Assembly: GCA_964383765.1 (NCBI GenBank)
Contig: CAYLHT010000002.1
Location: forward strand, 62,774 to 126,773
Length of the DNA: 64,000 nucleotides
Source of the DNA: an uncultured Gammaproteobacteria bacterium
GTDB lineage: Bacteria; Patescibacteriota; Patescibacteriia; SBBC01; CAIJZX01
Reading direction: 5' to 3'
Shown here: piece by piece, positions 1 to 12,000 of the stretch
How positions within the stretch are numbered: position 1 is the first letter of the stretch
Layout of the letters: the number at the start of each line of letters is the position of its first letter
Made by a program: the position numbers and the translations under genes
Notes under the pieces: generated by a model
Database searches by the model: none
Told to the model about the DNA's origin: nothing
What the model saw: the letters and a program-made list of their open reading frames with translations, nothing else

Positions 1-3000
1 GACGCGCCTGACATCTCGCCGGCGTTGTTTACTCTTGGGCCGTTACAAATTGGAGGAAATAGTTTTCAAGGCGCGCAGTGGCAAGAACCGCGGGAGTGGC
101 AATTAGCGTCGGACGCGATTTTAACGGTTGGCGACGCGGACTTTACGGCCGACCAAACTGATGTGATTGAACCGCTCAAAGCCTCGTATCGACGCGACGA
201 AACGGTCGACGTCAAGATTTACAAAAGTGGGTATCGGTTCAAAGGAGATAAAGTCAAGAATGGCGTCGGGAAGAACCGGCCGGCCGCCGTCACGAAAATT
301 TCTCTCGTCCGACTCGCCACTGGCGAAGTTGAGAACTTCACGACGACCACGAACGATATAGTACGGAACGGTCGGGGATTGGAGTTGTTTCACCTCGCCC
401 CGCCCAGTCGGGATTTTCACCCTGGGCAATACATACTTCAACTGACACTCAGCGACGGCGCGACGACCTCCGTCGAGAGCCGCCCCTTTGCTTGGGGTGT
501 ACTCGCAGTCAACCTTCGGCGCTCAATTGAACGTCCAAATACCGCCACCCAAATCGGCCTAGCGGTCTTGAACAAGTATGGCCATACCGAGTGCGCAGTC
601 CCAATCACCCTCGTGGTGACTGATCCGGATGGCCAGTCAAAGACATTGACGACTAAGGACGGAAGCATTGTCCGGAGCGACACATGCGCGAACGGGAACA
701 TTACGAATGATTTTGATTTCGCCGCACCCTACACCACCGGCGGAGTTGGAACATACAGCTTGCATGTAAGCTCCAATACGGGCGAAGGTGATTTTTCCAT
801 TGATGATACGTTTGAGGTGCAAAACCAGGTTGATTTCGATGTCCAGCGCACCAAGTTCTCGATGCGGATTTACCCGTACGGTGATCCATACGACCAGCAG
901 TTCACGATCGTGGCCAACAAAGACTATCAAGGCCCAGTCACCGAACGAGTGCCATTGAGTTTTGACATAACCGCGATTTCAGACAACGGCAATGTGGTCG
1001 TCAGTGCCGATCACCAAGACGTGACGTGGACCGTTGACTGGAAAGCCGGAGAAACGCATACCCTCGGCTACACCGTCGACTTCCCCGATGTGTCTCCAGA
1101 ATTCTACCAACTTGGACCACTCACGATCGGAGATTTTCAGGAAGCTCGACAATGGCAAATTGCTTCAGACGCGACGTGCACGATCGCGAGTGGAACTGGT
1201 CTGAACTGGAGCACGGCAGGCTGGTCGGGCTGTACTGGCGGTGGCTACCCAGGGCAAAACGCTAGCGGCGACTCCGTTCAAATTAACACCGGCGTGACCA
1301 TTACGCTTAATGTTTCCCCGGCCAACACCGTCGCCAACGTGACTATAGGAACAAGTACATTCAACACAATCACCACGCTCACCTTCGGTGCCGGGAATAC
1401 CTTGCACGCGACCGGTACCACCACCATTGGCGCTACCAACGAAACTGCCAACTATACGATTGACGTGGCGGGCGGAACCTATACCGCAGACGGGGCGATT
1501 ACCATCAATGGCGGTAGTTCAAGTTCGCGTTTAGGGAAACTGAATGTCGGGAATGGCGCACAAGCGGCTGGTACCATTACCGCGGGCGGGGGAGTCACGT
1601 GCGCCGGGACTGCCGCCGATGCACAGATTGCCATGACTGCGCCAAGCAGCGGGACGAACTTGTTCAACGTGACGAGCGGGGCTTTTGGATCTGGCGGTGC
1701 GGTTGAGTGTACGTTGAACGCCAGCGCATCTGGCAACGTCAAAATGAGTGGTAGTGCAACCCAAACGATGGTCAACTCCGCGAACTACCCCGCAGTTGAG
1801 ATTGCGACCACCAGCTCAGCCACGGCCCAAAATGCGACCACAGCCGCGGCCTTCACCTTTGCTTCTCTGACGATCGATAGTGGCGGGAAGTTCACAAAAG
1901 TTGGCGCCACGTCTGCCAACATGACCGTGACCGGCACGTCGTCAATCACCGGGACATTCACCACCGCCACCGCCGCGACCGGAACGCTGACGTTCACTGG
2001 CGCGGTCACCGTGAGTGATCCGGGGGTGCTTGATCTGTCCGGACAGAATCCGACAGTCACGTTTACGAATGCAACCCTGACCAACAACAGTAATACCGCC
2101 GGCTCGTTCAAAACTGGGACTGGCACACTGACGTTGGCAGCGAGCCCGACATTTGCTGGGAGTGGTACCGGCGGTATTAACCTGCAACAAGCGACCGTCA
2201 CGATTGCATCCGGATCAGTGTTCACGAATAGCATTACGAACGGCACCTTAACCTTCAGCGGATCCACCGGCTTGACGTTCTCCAATCCCACCGTCGCCAA
2301 TACGTTGTCACTCACAACCGGTTCAACCACGTCGGTCACCAATACGATGCTGTTCACCGCCAATTCCAGCGGCACCGTAAAGACTATGGTGCAAATGAAC
2401 GGTAATGCCAACATCACCGTCGGGACATTGACTTTGCAAGCTCCGTCCGGAGCTGGCAACACCAATGTGTCCGAACAAGTAACCTGTAATGCAGGTTCGG
2501 GCACCTTTACGGCGACGACGGTCAATGTGACTGGTAATTCGACCTCAACCGGTGATGCGGAACTCGATATGCAGGGCTGTACATTTACCGCTAATGGTCT
2601 TGTCACTCTAACCGGCGGGACGAATGCAACTGGAGTGGCCTTGCTGAAAGGTTCGAACGGGACCATGAACATCAATGCAGGGCTAAGCGAGGTGGCGGGA
2701 GGAACAATTACCAACGCGAAACTGACGACTTCAAGTACCGAAACGATCAATTTCGTCGGTACTTGGACCGGGGCCGGGACGTTGAGCTTAAACTCAGGTA
2801 CGCTGACAAAGTTTACTGGCGCGTCGACTGCGCTCAATGCAGCTTTCGGAACAAGCACCTGGGCGAAATGGGAAGTAGTGTCAGGTACTACCACGTTGGG
2901 CGCAACCCAGACAATTACCGGGCTACAAGTTGACGCAGGTGCAACCCTCGCGGGCGCGACATTCTTACTGACTGACAAATGCTCCGGTGCCGATACGTCT

Positions 3001-6000
3001 GGATTTAGAATTGATGGAACATTCAGTGGTACCTCTGGTGGGGCGGCCCTAGATACTGCGAGTTGTGTCATTGACGGTCGGACGAGCGGCGGCGGTGCAG
3101 CCTCGATTGCCTTCACTACCGGCACGGTGACTGTGAGTGCCACGATGTCGATCGGTTCGAATGCTAACTTATCAGTTTCAAGCACCACGAGCTTTGCGAT
3201 TTCTGGGGCAGTAACCCTAACGAACAACGGAACAGTAACGACTACTGGCACGAGTGGTATCACCGGTTCAGTTGCAGGTTCGACTTGGACCCAAGGTACG
3301 AATGCGGTTCTGCATTTTGGCGGTAACACTACCACCTTGATGTCAGGCGCTACCCTGGACGCTAACACGAACAGCGGCAACACAGTTGACTACAGTCAGA
3401 ACGGCGCACAAACCTGCAAAGTCACTAATTATCAGACCTTGAAATTCAGCGGGGGCGGAACGAAGACTTGTACCATTACGGCTGGAACGAATACCATTCA
3501 AGATTTGAAAATGACGGCTGGATCGTGGAGTCCTGGACAGAATGTGACGGTGGCGAACACCCTGACAGTTGAAGGGGGAACACTCACAACTGGAAACTTC
3601 AATTTAACTATTACCGGCACGACCAGCATCACCAGCGGTACTTTGCAGCTCGACGGAACCGGTACAAAAACACTCCAGGGTTTAGTTACGCTGAATGGCA
3701 CTGGCAACCTGACCGGAGCGAGTGCGGGTATTGTCTTGGGCAGCGGTGCAACTGCTGGTGGTATTACAAATACCTCCGGCACCGTGACGATCACCGGCAC
3801 AGTCACGATGAGCACGAACAACGGGGCATTGGTCTCGACGACCGCCATGTCAATTACGACCCTGACGGCAAATACGGCTTCAGCCTTTACCCATTCGGGA
3901 GCCGGCGGACTAACCGTCAGCGGAACATTGACGGTCACGAGTCCGGCGGTGCTGACCAACACCGGTCTCGTGACCAGCACCGGAACGCTCGCCGGCACCG
4001 GGAACTTTACCAATGGCAATGGCGGAACGTTGCACCTGGCTGCCACCCCAACCATTACAACCCTGAGCGCTAGTACGAATGCTAATACCGTCGACTTTAA
4101 CGGCGACGCGGGCATTACCATCCCCCTGGTGACCTACTGGAACTTGACGATGACCCCAACGTTCAATGCAACCGACCGAACCTATACAATGGGAACCGGT
4201 ACGACCACAATTAGCAACAACTTCACCATCAACCCGACCGACAGCACTGGCAGCGGAAATACCTTAACGGTCACCATGGCTGGGGCGATCAATGTGACTG
4301 GACTGACCACGATTGATGGTTCAGGCACAGTCAATGGCGTGGGCAAACTTGATGCCGTTGGCTCAAATAACTTAACCACCGGCACCCTTGATATTGAAAG
4401 TTTCGGTACATTCCTGGCCCAAACGTCAACAGTTACCCTCAACACCTCGACGGCTTCTTCGACGCTATTTACTTTGGCCTCGAGTAACGCGACGTTTACT
4501 GCCGGCACCTCGACACTGAAAATGTCATCTGACGCTGCCGAAACGTTAACCTCCGGAACGTTTACGAGCGGCAACGCGTTTAGCACACTCCAACTGGTTC
4601 CGGCCATTACGGCCAACCGGACCTACACCTTTGGTACAGGCGCAATCGCAGCTACAACGTTCACGATCCAGCCAACGAATACTGCGAACACGTTGACCGT
4701 GAATATGGCTGGTAACATCACAACCACCGGCCTGACCACGATTGACGGTACAACCGCCACCGGCAAACTCGATACCGTGGCTGATACAAACTCATTAACG
4801 TCGGGGACGCTGACGGTCGGCGCCAAAGGTAATCTGACGATGACTGGAACTGCGCCGGTTCTGACTCTGAACACCTCAACCGGTAGTTCGACGCTCTTCA
4901 CGTTGACCTCCGGCGGCGTGTTCAGCGCTGGTACCAGCACTGTCACGATTCAGTCTGATGGGGCGACCGAAAACCTGACCGGCGGCACCGGATCGTTCAC
5001 GTCGTCTAATGCGTTCAATACGCTGACCTTGAGTCCAACGATGACCAGCGGTCGCGCGTATTCCTTTGGATCGAATGCCGTCACTATCAATTCCGGGTTC
5101 AACGTTACTCCGGCCGCCGGCTCAGCTTTAGCACTGACCGTGAACCTTGGCTCAGGCGGACTGACGGTTAGTGGTACGACGACGATTGCGCCGACCAGCA
5201 GTGCCACCGCCAACCTGACAACGACCGCCAGTAACTATGCATTGACCACAAATGCTCTAACTATTTCGAATGCTGGCACATTCACGGGGAATGCAACGAC
5301 CACCGTGACTGTCACCACCGATGTGACGATCAACGCCGGTGGAACGTTGTCGAGCACGTCCGGCAACCTGTCCGTCGGCGGAAATTTCACCGTCAATTCA
5401 ACCGGCGCCTATACACATAACAGTGGCTTGCTGACGATGACCAATACCGTCGCCAAGAGTATGAACGGTACCTCGACCACAACGTTGTCTTTGTACAAGT
5501 TAACCGTCAATGTATCTGGCACCTCGGCCGTGACGTTGAATGGCAGTTATGACGTAACGGTGAATAATGCTTTGAATGTCGGTGACTCCGATTCCCTGAC
5601 GATTGCTACCGGTCGAACCATGACCGCTGCTAATACGATTACCATGAACACCAGTGGTACCATAGCCAGTTCCGGAACCGGGTTGTTTGTGATTAAGGAC
5701 ACATCCACCAGCGGCCCGGTGGGCGGGACGCTGAGCGCGTCTGTTCGGTTTGATGCTTCGGCGGCCAATATTCCGAGTACCATCTTTATCGCCCGCACTT
5801 ACGGCGGTGCAGTTGAGCTGTATAACAGCAGCGGGGCACACTCGATAACCGCGGCAGCTGGAGCCTACACATTCTCGTCTACATTAACAACGACGGAAAG
5901 CGGCGGGACATCACTCAGCGCAACTCTAAGCGCGGCTACCGGCAGCCCAGCCGTGGCTGTGACTGGTACTGTTACGATCGGCGTCAACACCACCCTGACC

Positions 6001-9000
6001 GCTCCGGCATCCGCGATCATGACGGCCGGCGGGGCTTGGTCAAATTCCGGTACCTTTACGAGCAATAGCGGCACGGTCAAATTCATTGGTACGTCGTCAT
6101 ATACGGTTGATGTCGGTGGAGGCAGCAATACTTTTAACAACGTTATTTTTGATGGCATTGGGGGAGCGTGGCGTCCAAATGCAAACAATTTTCGGATTGA
6201 TGGCGACTTCACCCTGACCAACGGAACCATTCAGGGTAACGGTGGCAACTGGATCATTGTGAAGGGAAATATTGCTTGCGGCGCCACCTGTGGATCAATC
6301 GACATGACCTTGAATTCCGGGACTGGTGTCTTTGAGCACTTGCTGACCAGTGGCAGTAAGAACTTCGGTACCAGCGTATCGGGCGACACGACGAACTGGA
6401 AGTTCTACGATTTGATGTTCGATGGTAACGCCACGGCAACTACCAGCACCACCCCCACCTCGCCAGGTACGATTACCATCACGCACCAAATGACGATCGC
6501 TATTGCCGGTACGACGTTAGATGCTGGCAATCGTACTTGGATTTTATCGGGTACTGGCACCGGCGCTTCTGCCCCGTTGATCAACGCCGGAACGTTGACT
6601 GGCAATGCATCGACGTTCAAGTACACCGGCGCAGACGCCACGACCGATATTAAAGGTACTACCTACTACAATTTAACCCTCGCGCCGACCATCACCACTG
6701 CCACCGCCTATAATGCCAATGGCGCGATCACCGCAACTGGCGCGCTATCAATCAACCCGACCTCCTCCGGTGCCAATGCGCTAACGTTCACCCTGGGCGG
6801 CACCACCAGCTTTACCGGGTTAACTACCATCACGCGTACAACTTCCGCCACGTCCGAACTGAATACAAGCGCTGCGTCACATTACAATTTTACGACCGGC
6901 GGCTTGACCATCAATGCCGGCGGGACATTTACCGGCAATACGAGCACGACGGTGACCGTGAACGGCGACATTACGATTGCTTCAAGCGGGACCTTGACCA
7001 GCACGTCCGGTAACGTAACCACCTCTGGGACATTCTCAAACAGTGGAGTATTCACCCACAACAGTGGAACGCTCACCATGACCGGCAGTGGCAAGACGTT
7101 AACCTCGGGTGGGAGCACCTTGAATAATGTCACCTTGTCTGGCTCGATCACCTTGGCGAACGCTACGCATACTATTGCCGGCAACTTGAGTTTGACCGGC
7201 GGCACGATTACAGCCGGAACATCGCTGATTGATATGACCGGGACCACGAAAACTATCGATGGTGGTTCGCAAACCTTGTACGATTTGACCATCGATGGGA
7301 CCACGACCTTGCAAACGGCGGCGATGAGTGTCTCGCATGTGCTGACGATTAGTGGCACAAAACAACTCACCATTAATCAGGACCTGACATTAACCAGTAA
7401 TGCTGGGACGCCATTTGTTTTATCCGGCACATTGGCCGGATCAAATTCACTGTATTACCAAAAAGGCGATACCTCATCGGCCTCATTCCCGACCTCCGGC
7501 ACAATTACAGCCAACATTGTGTTTGATACGATCAATGGGAACGGCGGAGACAGCTTTAGTCTGATCCCGAACCGAACCGCCTCGGCGCCATTCGGAGGCA
7601 ACGTCACCTGCTATGATAACCCCTCCGGCGTCACGCCGATTTGTAAATTCCTGACCGGCACGCCCACGATTTCTGGGAACTTGTTGGTGGCCGATAATGG
7701 TAACGGGGCGTCGCTGGATGCCAGTTCAAATCATCCGGATATAACCATTTCGGGCAATGTCTCGGCTACTGGCACGGGTGGATCATTGAGCATGGGTTCT
7801 GGTACCTGGACAGTGGGCGGTAATTTTGACCTGACGAATTTTGCTTCATTCGCCAACAATTCGGGAACCATTGTCCTCAACGGCAACTCGAAAACCTTAA
7901 CGACCAACGGCCAAACATTATTCAACCTGACTTTTTCCGGCGGCGGAACTGACACGCTCTCCGGGACTGTCACCGCCGCTGGCAACGTGGTGTTGAACAC
8001 GTCAGTGGCCGCCGGTTCGCTGACGATGACCGGGACCAAGAACCTGACCGGCGGAACGGCGACGCTCGACAATTTGACGGTCTCCGGTTCGCCCGTAACG
8101 CTGCAAACCAGCAATCTAACCGTTGGCACCCTGCTGACCGTCTCTTCGAGCAAGTCGTTAACCATTAACTCAGGGATCGTCCTGACCCTGTCTAAAACCT
8201 CGGGCACAAGCCTCACCATGACGAGTGCGACCATCAATGGCCCTGGCAAACTGATCTACCAAAGCACCTCGACCTTCCCGTCCGATGGCACGCTGGCCAG
8301 CATCCCGATTGTCCGGTTTGACCTGGTCAACGTGGCCGCGAATGGCAGCATGGTCATTCCGCAACGGTCAGACTATGGGGCGGTCGAAGTCTACAACAAC
8401 TCGGCGAGTAATAAGACGCTCAAAACCAATTCGAATACAACCTACACACTGAACGGTATCACCGCCAACCTGTACATCTACGCCGATGGCGGCGGCAACA
8501 CTACCTTCGATGCAACGGGCGCCGGAACCGTCAACTCGCCAATGACGGTTCCCGGTAACCTCGACTTCCTTGGTACCGGTGCGGGCAGTGAAATCATCAC
8601 CTCCGGTACGGGTACGTGGACGGTCACGGGTACCGTCGACTTCTCGGCGGCTGGCGGAGGAGCCGGAACGTACACAGCGACGAGCGGCAACACCTTTGTG
8701 ATGAACGGCCTGACCAAGACCCTGACGAGTAATGGCAACGCCTTTTCAAATCTGACGTTCTCAGGTAGCGGTACGACGACCATGGCGGATAGCATTTCAG
8801 CCAGCGGTGATGTGGTGTTGAATGGCAGTATTGGTGGCGGTTCCCTGACCATGTCTGGCGTCGGGAAAAACCTAACGGGCGGTTCGGCTACGTTGGCCAA
8901 CCTAACCATTTCCAATTCATCTGGGACTATCACCTTGACCGCCTCAAACCTGACCGTCAATACCGTGTTGACCATTAACTCGGGTGCTAACCTAACGTTA

Positions 9001-12000
9001 GGGTCGGGTCGAACCTTGACCCTGTCCCGCAATAACGTCAGCGCTTCCTTCAGCTTGAGCGGAACCTTGACCGGTACAGGCACCTTGATCTATCAGAATT
9101 TCTTGGCTGATAATGGCGGCACGTACTTCCCGACAACCGGGACCTTGGCTGCTTCGCCGAATGCTCCCACCATTCGATTTGATACTGCGAACGGTACGTT
9201 ACACGTGCCCGCTCGGACGGATTACGGGACGATTGAGGCCTACAAGAATGGCATCGCGAATGTCAGTGTCGTTTTGGGAACAGCCGCGTCTCAGAGTCTG
9301 AGTTTGTCCGGCAACCTCGACATCCAGAATGCAAATGCGACAAACACCTTGACGCTGGATGGAAACACCAACACTCCGGTGACCATGACGATCACCGGCA
9401 ACGTCACGAACTCAGTCGGCACCGGGAACACGACGTTCACCATGGGCGCCGGAACATGGACTGTGTCCGGCAACTTCGACCTGACGAATATTGATTCCTT
9501 CAGCAATAACAGCGGCACACTCGCGTTGAATGGCTCCTCAGCGAAGGCCCTAACCTCAAATGGCCAAACGGTCTTTAACCTGACCATCTCAGGGGCGGGA
9601 GCGACGACGCTCTCAGACGCCGCGATTGCGGCCGGGGACGTGATCCTGAATAGCACGGTGAGCGCCGGTTCCTTGACGATGAACGGCGCTGGCAAGAACC
9701 TGACGGGTGGTAGCGCGACCCTCGCGAACCTTACCATTTCGAATGGGTCCGGTACCATCACGTTGACTGGATCTGATCTGACCGTTAGTACCGTCTTGGC
9801 GATCAGCGCGAATGCCAATCTCACCTTAGCTTCCGGCCGAGTTTTGACCTTGTCTCGTAACAATGCCAGTGCTTCCTTTACGTTGCCAACGAATGCCACG
9901 CTGACTGGTCCGGGGACACTGGTGTACCAAAACTTCACCGCTGACAACGGCGGCACGTATTTCCCGACGACGGGGACTTTGGCTTCTAATCCCATCATCC
10001 GGTTTGATACGTTGAATGGTAACCTCCACGTCCCAGCCCGTACGGACTATGGCTCGATCGAGGCGTATGGTGACGCCGGAATCAGCGCCGCTCGGACCGT
10101 TACTCTGGGTACGGCCTCATCACAAACTATTACGACCAGTGGCTACCTCGACGTGATCGCCAACAGCAACACTGGCGGCCGGAACGTCACCCTGAACGGC
10201 AGTACCAATGATCCAACCTTGAACGTGGGTGGAGACTTTGCGTTCACCGGGACTGGAAGTACAAGTGAAGCCGTAACCGCGCCGGATGCAAGCGCGACCT
10301 GGACAGTGACCGGAAATTTCGACCTGACGAACGGCACGTGGACGGCTGGTGCTGAAACGCTGAAAATGAATGGAACGGCCAACTTGAAAGCCGCCGGTCA
10401 AACCATCAAGAATGTCACGATTGACGGAACGAATAGCACGGTCACGGTCACCGGATCAGACCTGACGGTCTCAGGAACGCTGACCATCGGCGGCGATGCG
10501 GCGGCGAATACCGACGTGCTCTCGATTGGCTCAGGTCGCCAAGTTCTGTCCGGCACGGCCGGGGCGGTGACGCTGACGGATGCAACCGATACCATTAGTG
10601 GATCTGGGACCCTGAACGTTGAGAATAGTAACCTTAGCGATCAGGGGACCTTGAGTGCCAATGTCACCTATACGATAGTTTCGAGTGACATCAACGCCAC
10701 CGCTCGCACGTATGGTGCGAATCTGACGTTTGATAATACGAATGGGGGAGGCTCAGTCTTTCTCAGCACTGGGACATTCGCGGTCACTGGGAACATGTCC
10801 TATGTTTGTAGCTTCAACTGTGACGCCGTCTTCCTGGACGGAGGAGATTTTAACCCCTTTGTGACGATTGGCGGATCCTTTAGTGTGACAGACCCAGGTA
10901 ACGCATCAAGCATGAGCATGGGCAACCAGACCTGGACAGTGAGTGGTAGCTTCAATTTGACCGGTCTGGGTAGTCTAAGCGCGACGGGCACGCTGCTTAT
11001 GAATGGAACCGGGACGCTGACCTCTAATAGTCTGTCTCTCAACAATGTTACTCTTGATACGTCGGGCGGAGGGACGATTACACTCGCGAACGCGGCTCAG
11101 AGTATTGCCGGTAACCTAGTGCTCACATCTGGCGGGACACTTACCGATGCCGGAACCTCGACCGAGGTCGACATGACGGGAACCAATAAAACAATTACCG
11201 GCGCCGGTAAAACGCTGCGTAACCTGACCATCGCCGGCACGATTACGTTACAAACGACTGACCTGACCGTCAGTACCCTATTGACCGTCAACACTTCGAA
11301 ATCACTGACGATCAACAGCAGCCGAACGTTAACCCTGTCAGGCAATAGCGGCACCACCCTATCACTCTCCGGGACGATCAATGGCCCTGGAACTCTGACC
11401 TACCAAAATAGCGCCACCGCCTTCCCAGCCGGAGGGGCGCTCGCCAGTATTCTGATTGCTCGTTTCGACCTGGTGAATGTCTCATCCGGCGGAAGCATGG
11501 TGATTCCGCAACGGGCGGACTATGGCGCGGTCGAAGCCTACAATAATTCTTCAAACAACAAGACCCTCAAGACCAATTCCAACTCGACATACACCTTGAC
11601 CGGCTCAACCGCCAATCTGTACATCTATGCCGATGGCACAGGCAATACCACCTTCGATGCGACGGGCGCGACCACGGTCAATTCGCCGATGACGATTGGC
11701 GGTAACCTTGATTTCCGCGGAACGGGGAGTGGCAGTGAAGCGATTACTTCAGGTACTGGCACCTGGACCGTCTCGGGCAGTGTCGACTTCTCAGCGGCCG
11801 GAGGCGGCAGCGGCACCTACACCGCGACGAGTGGTAATACACTGGTTATGAATGGTACCTCAAAAACGCTGACGACGAATGCGAACAGCCTCGACAACGT
11901 AACATTCTCGGGTAGCACGACCACGACCTTGGCTGACAGCGTGACAGCCACCGGCAACGTCGTCTTGAATAACACCATCTCAGCCGGATCGACAACCATG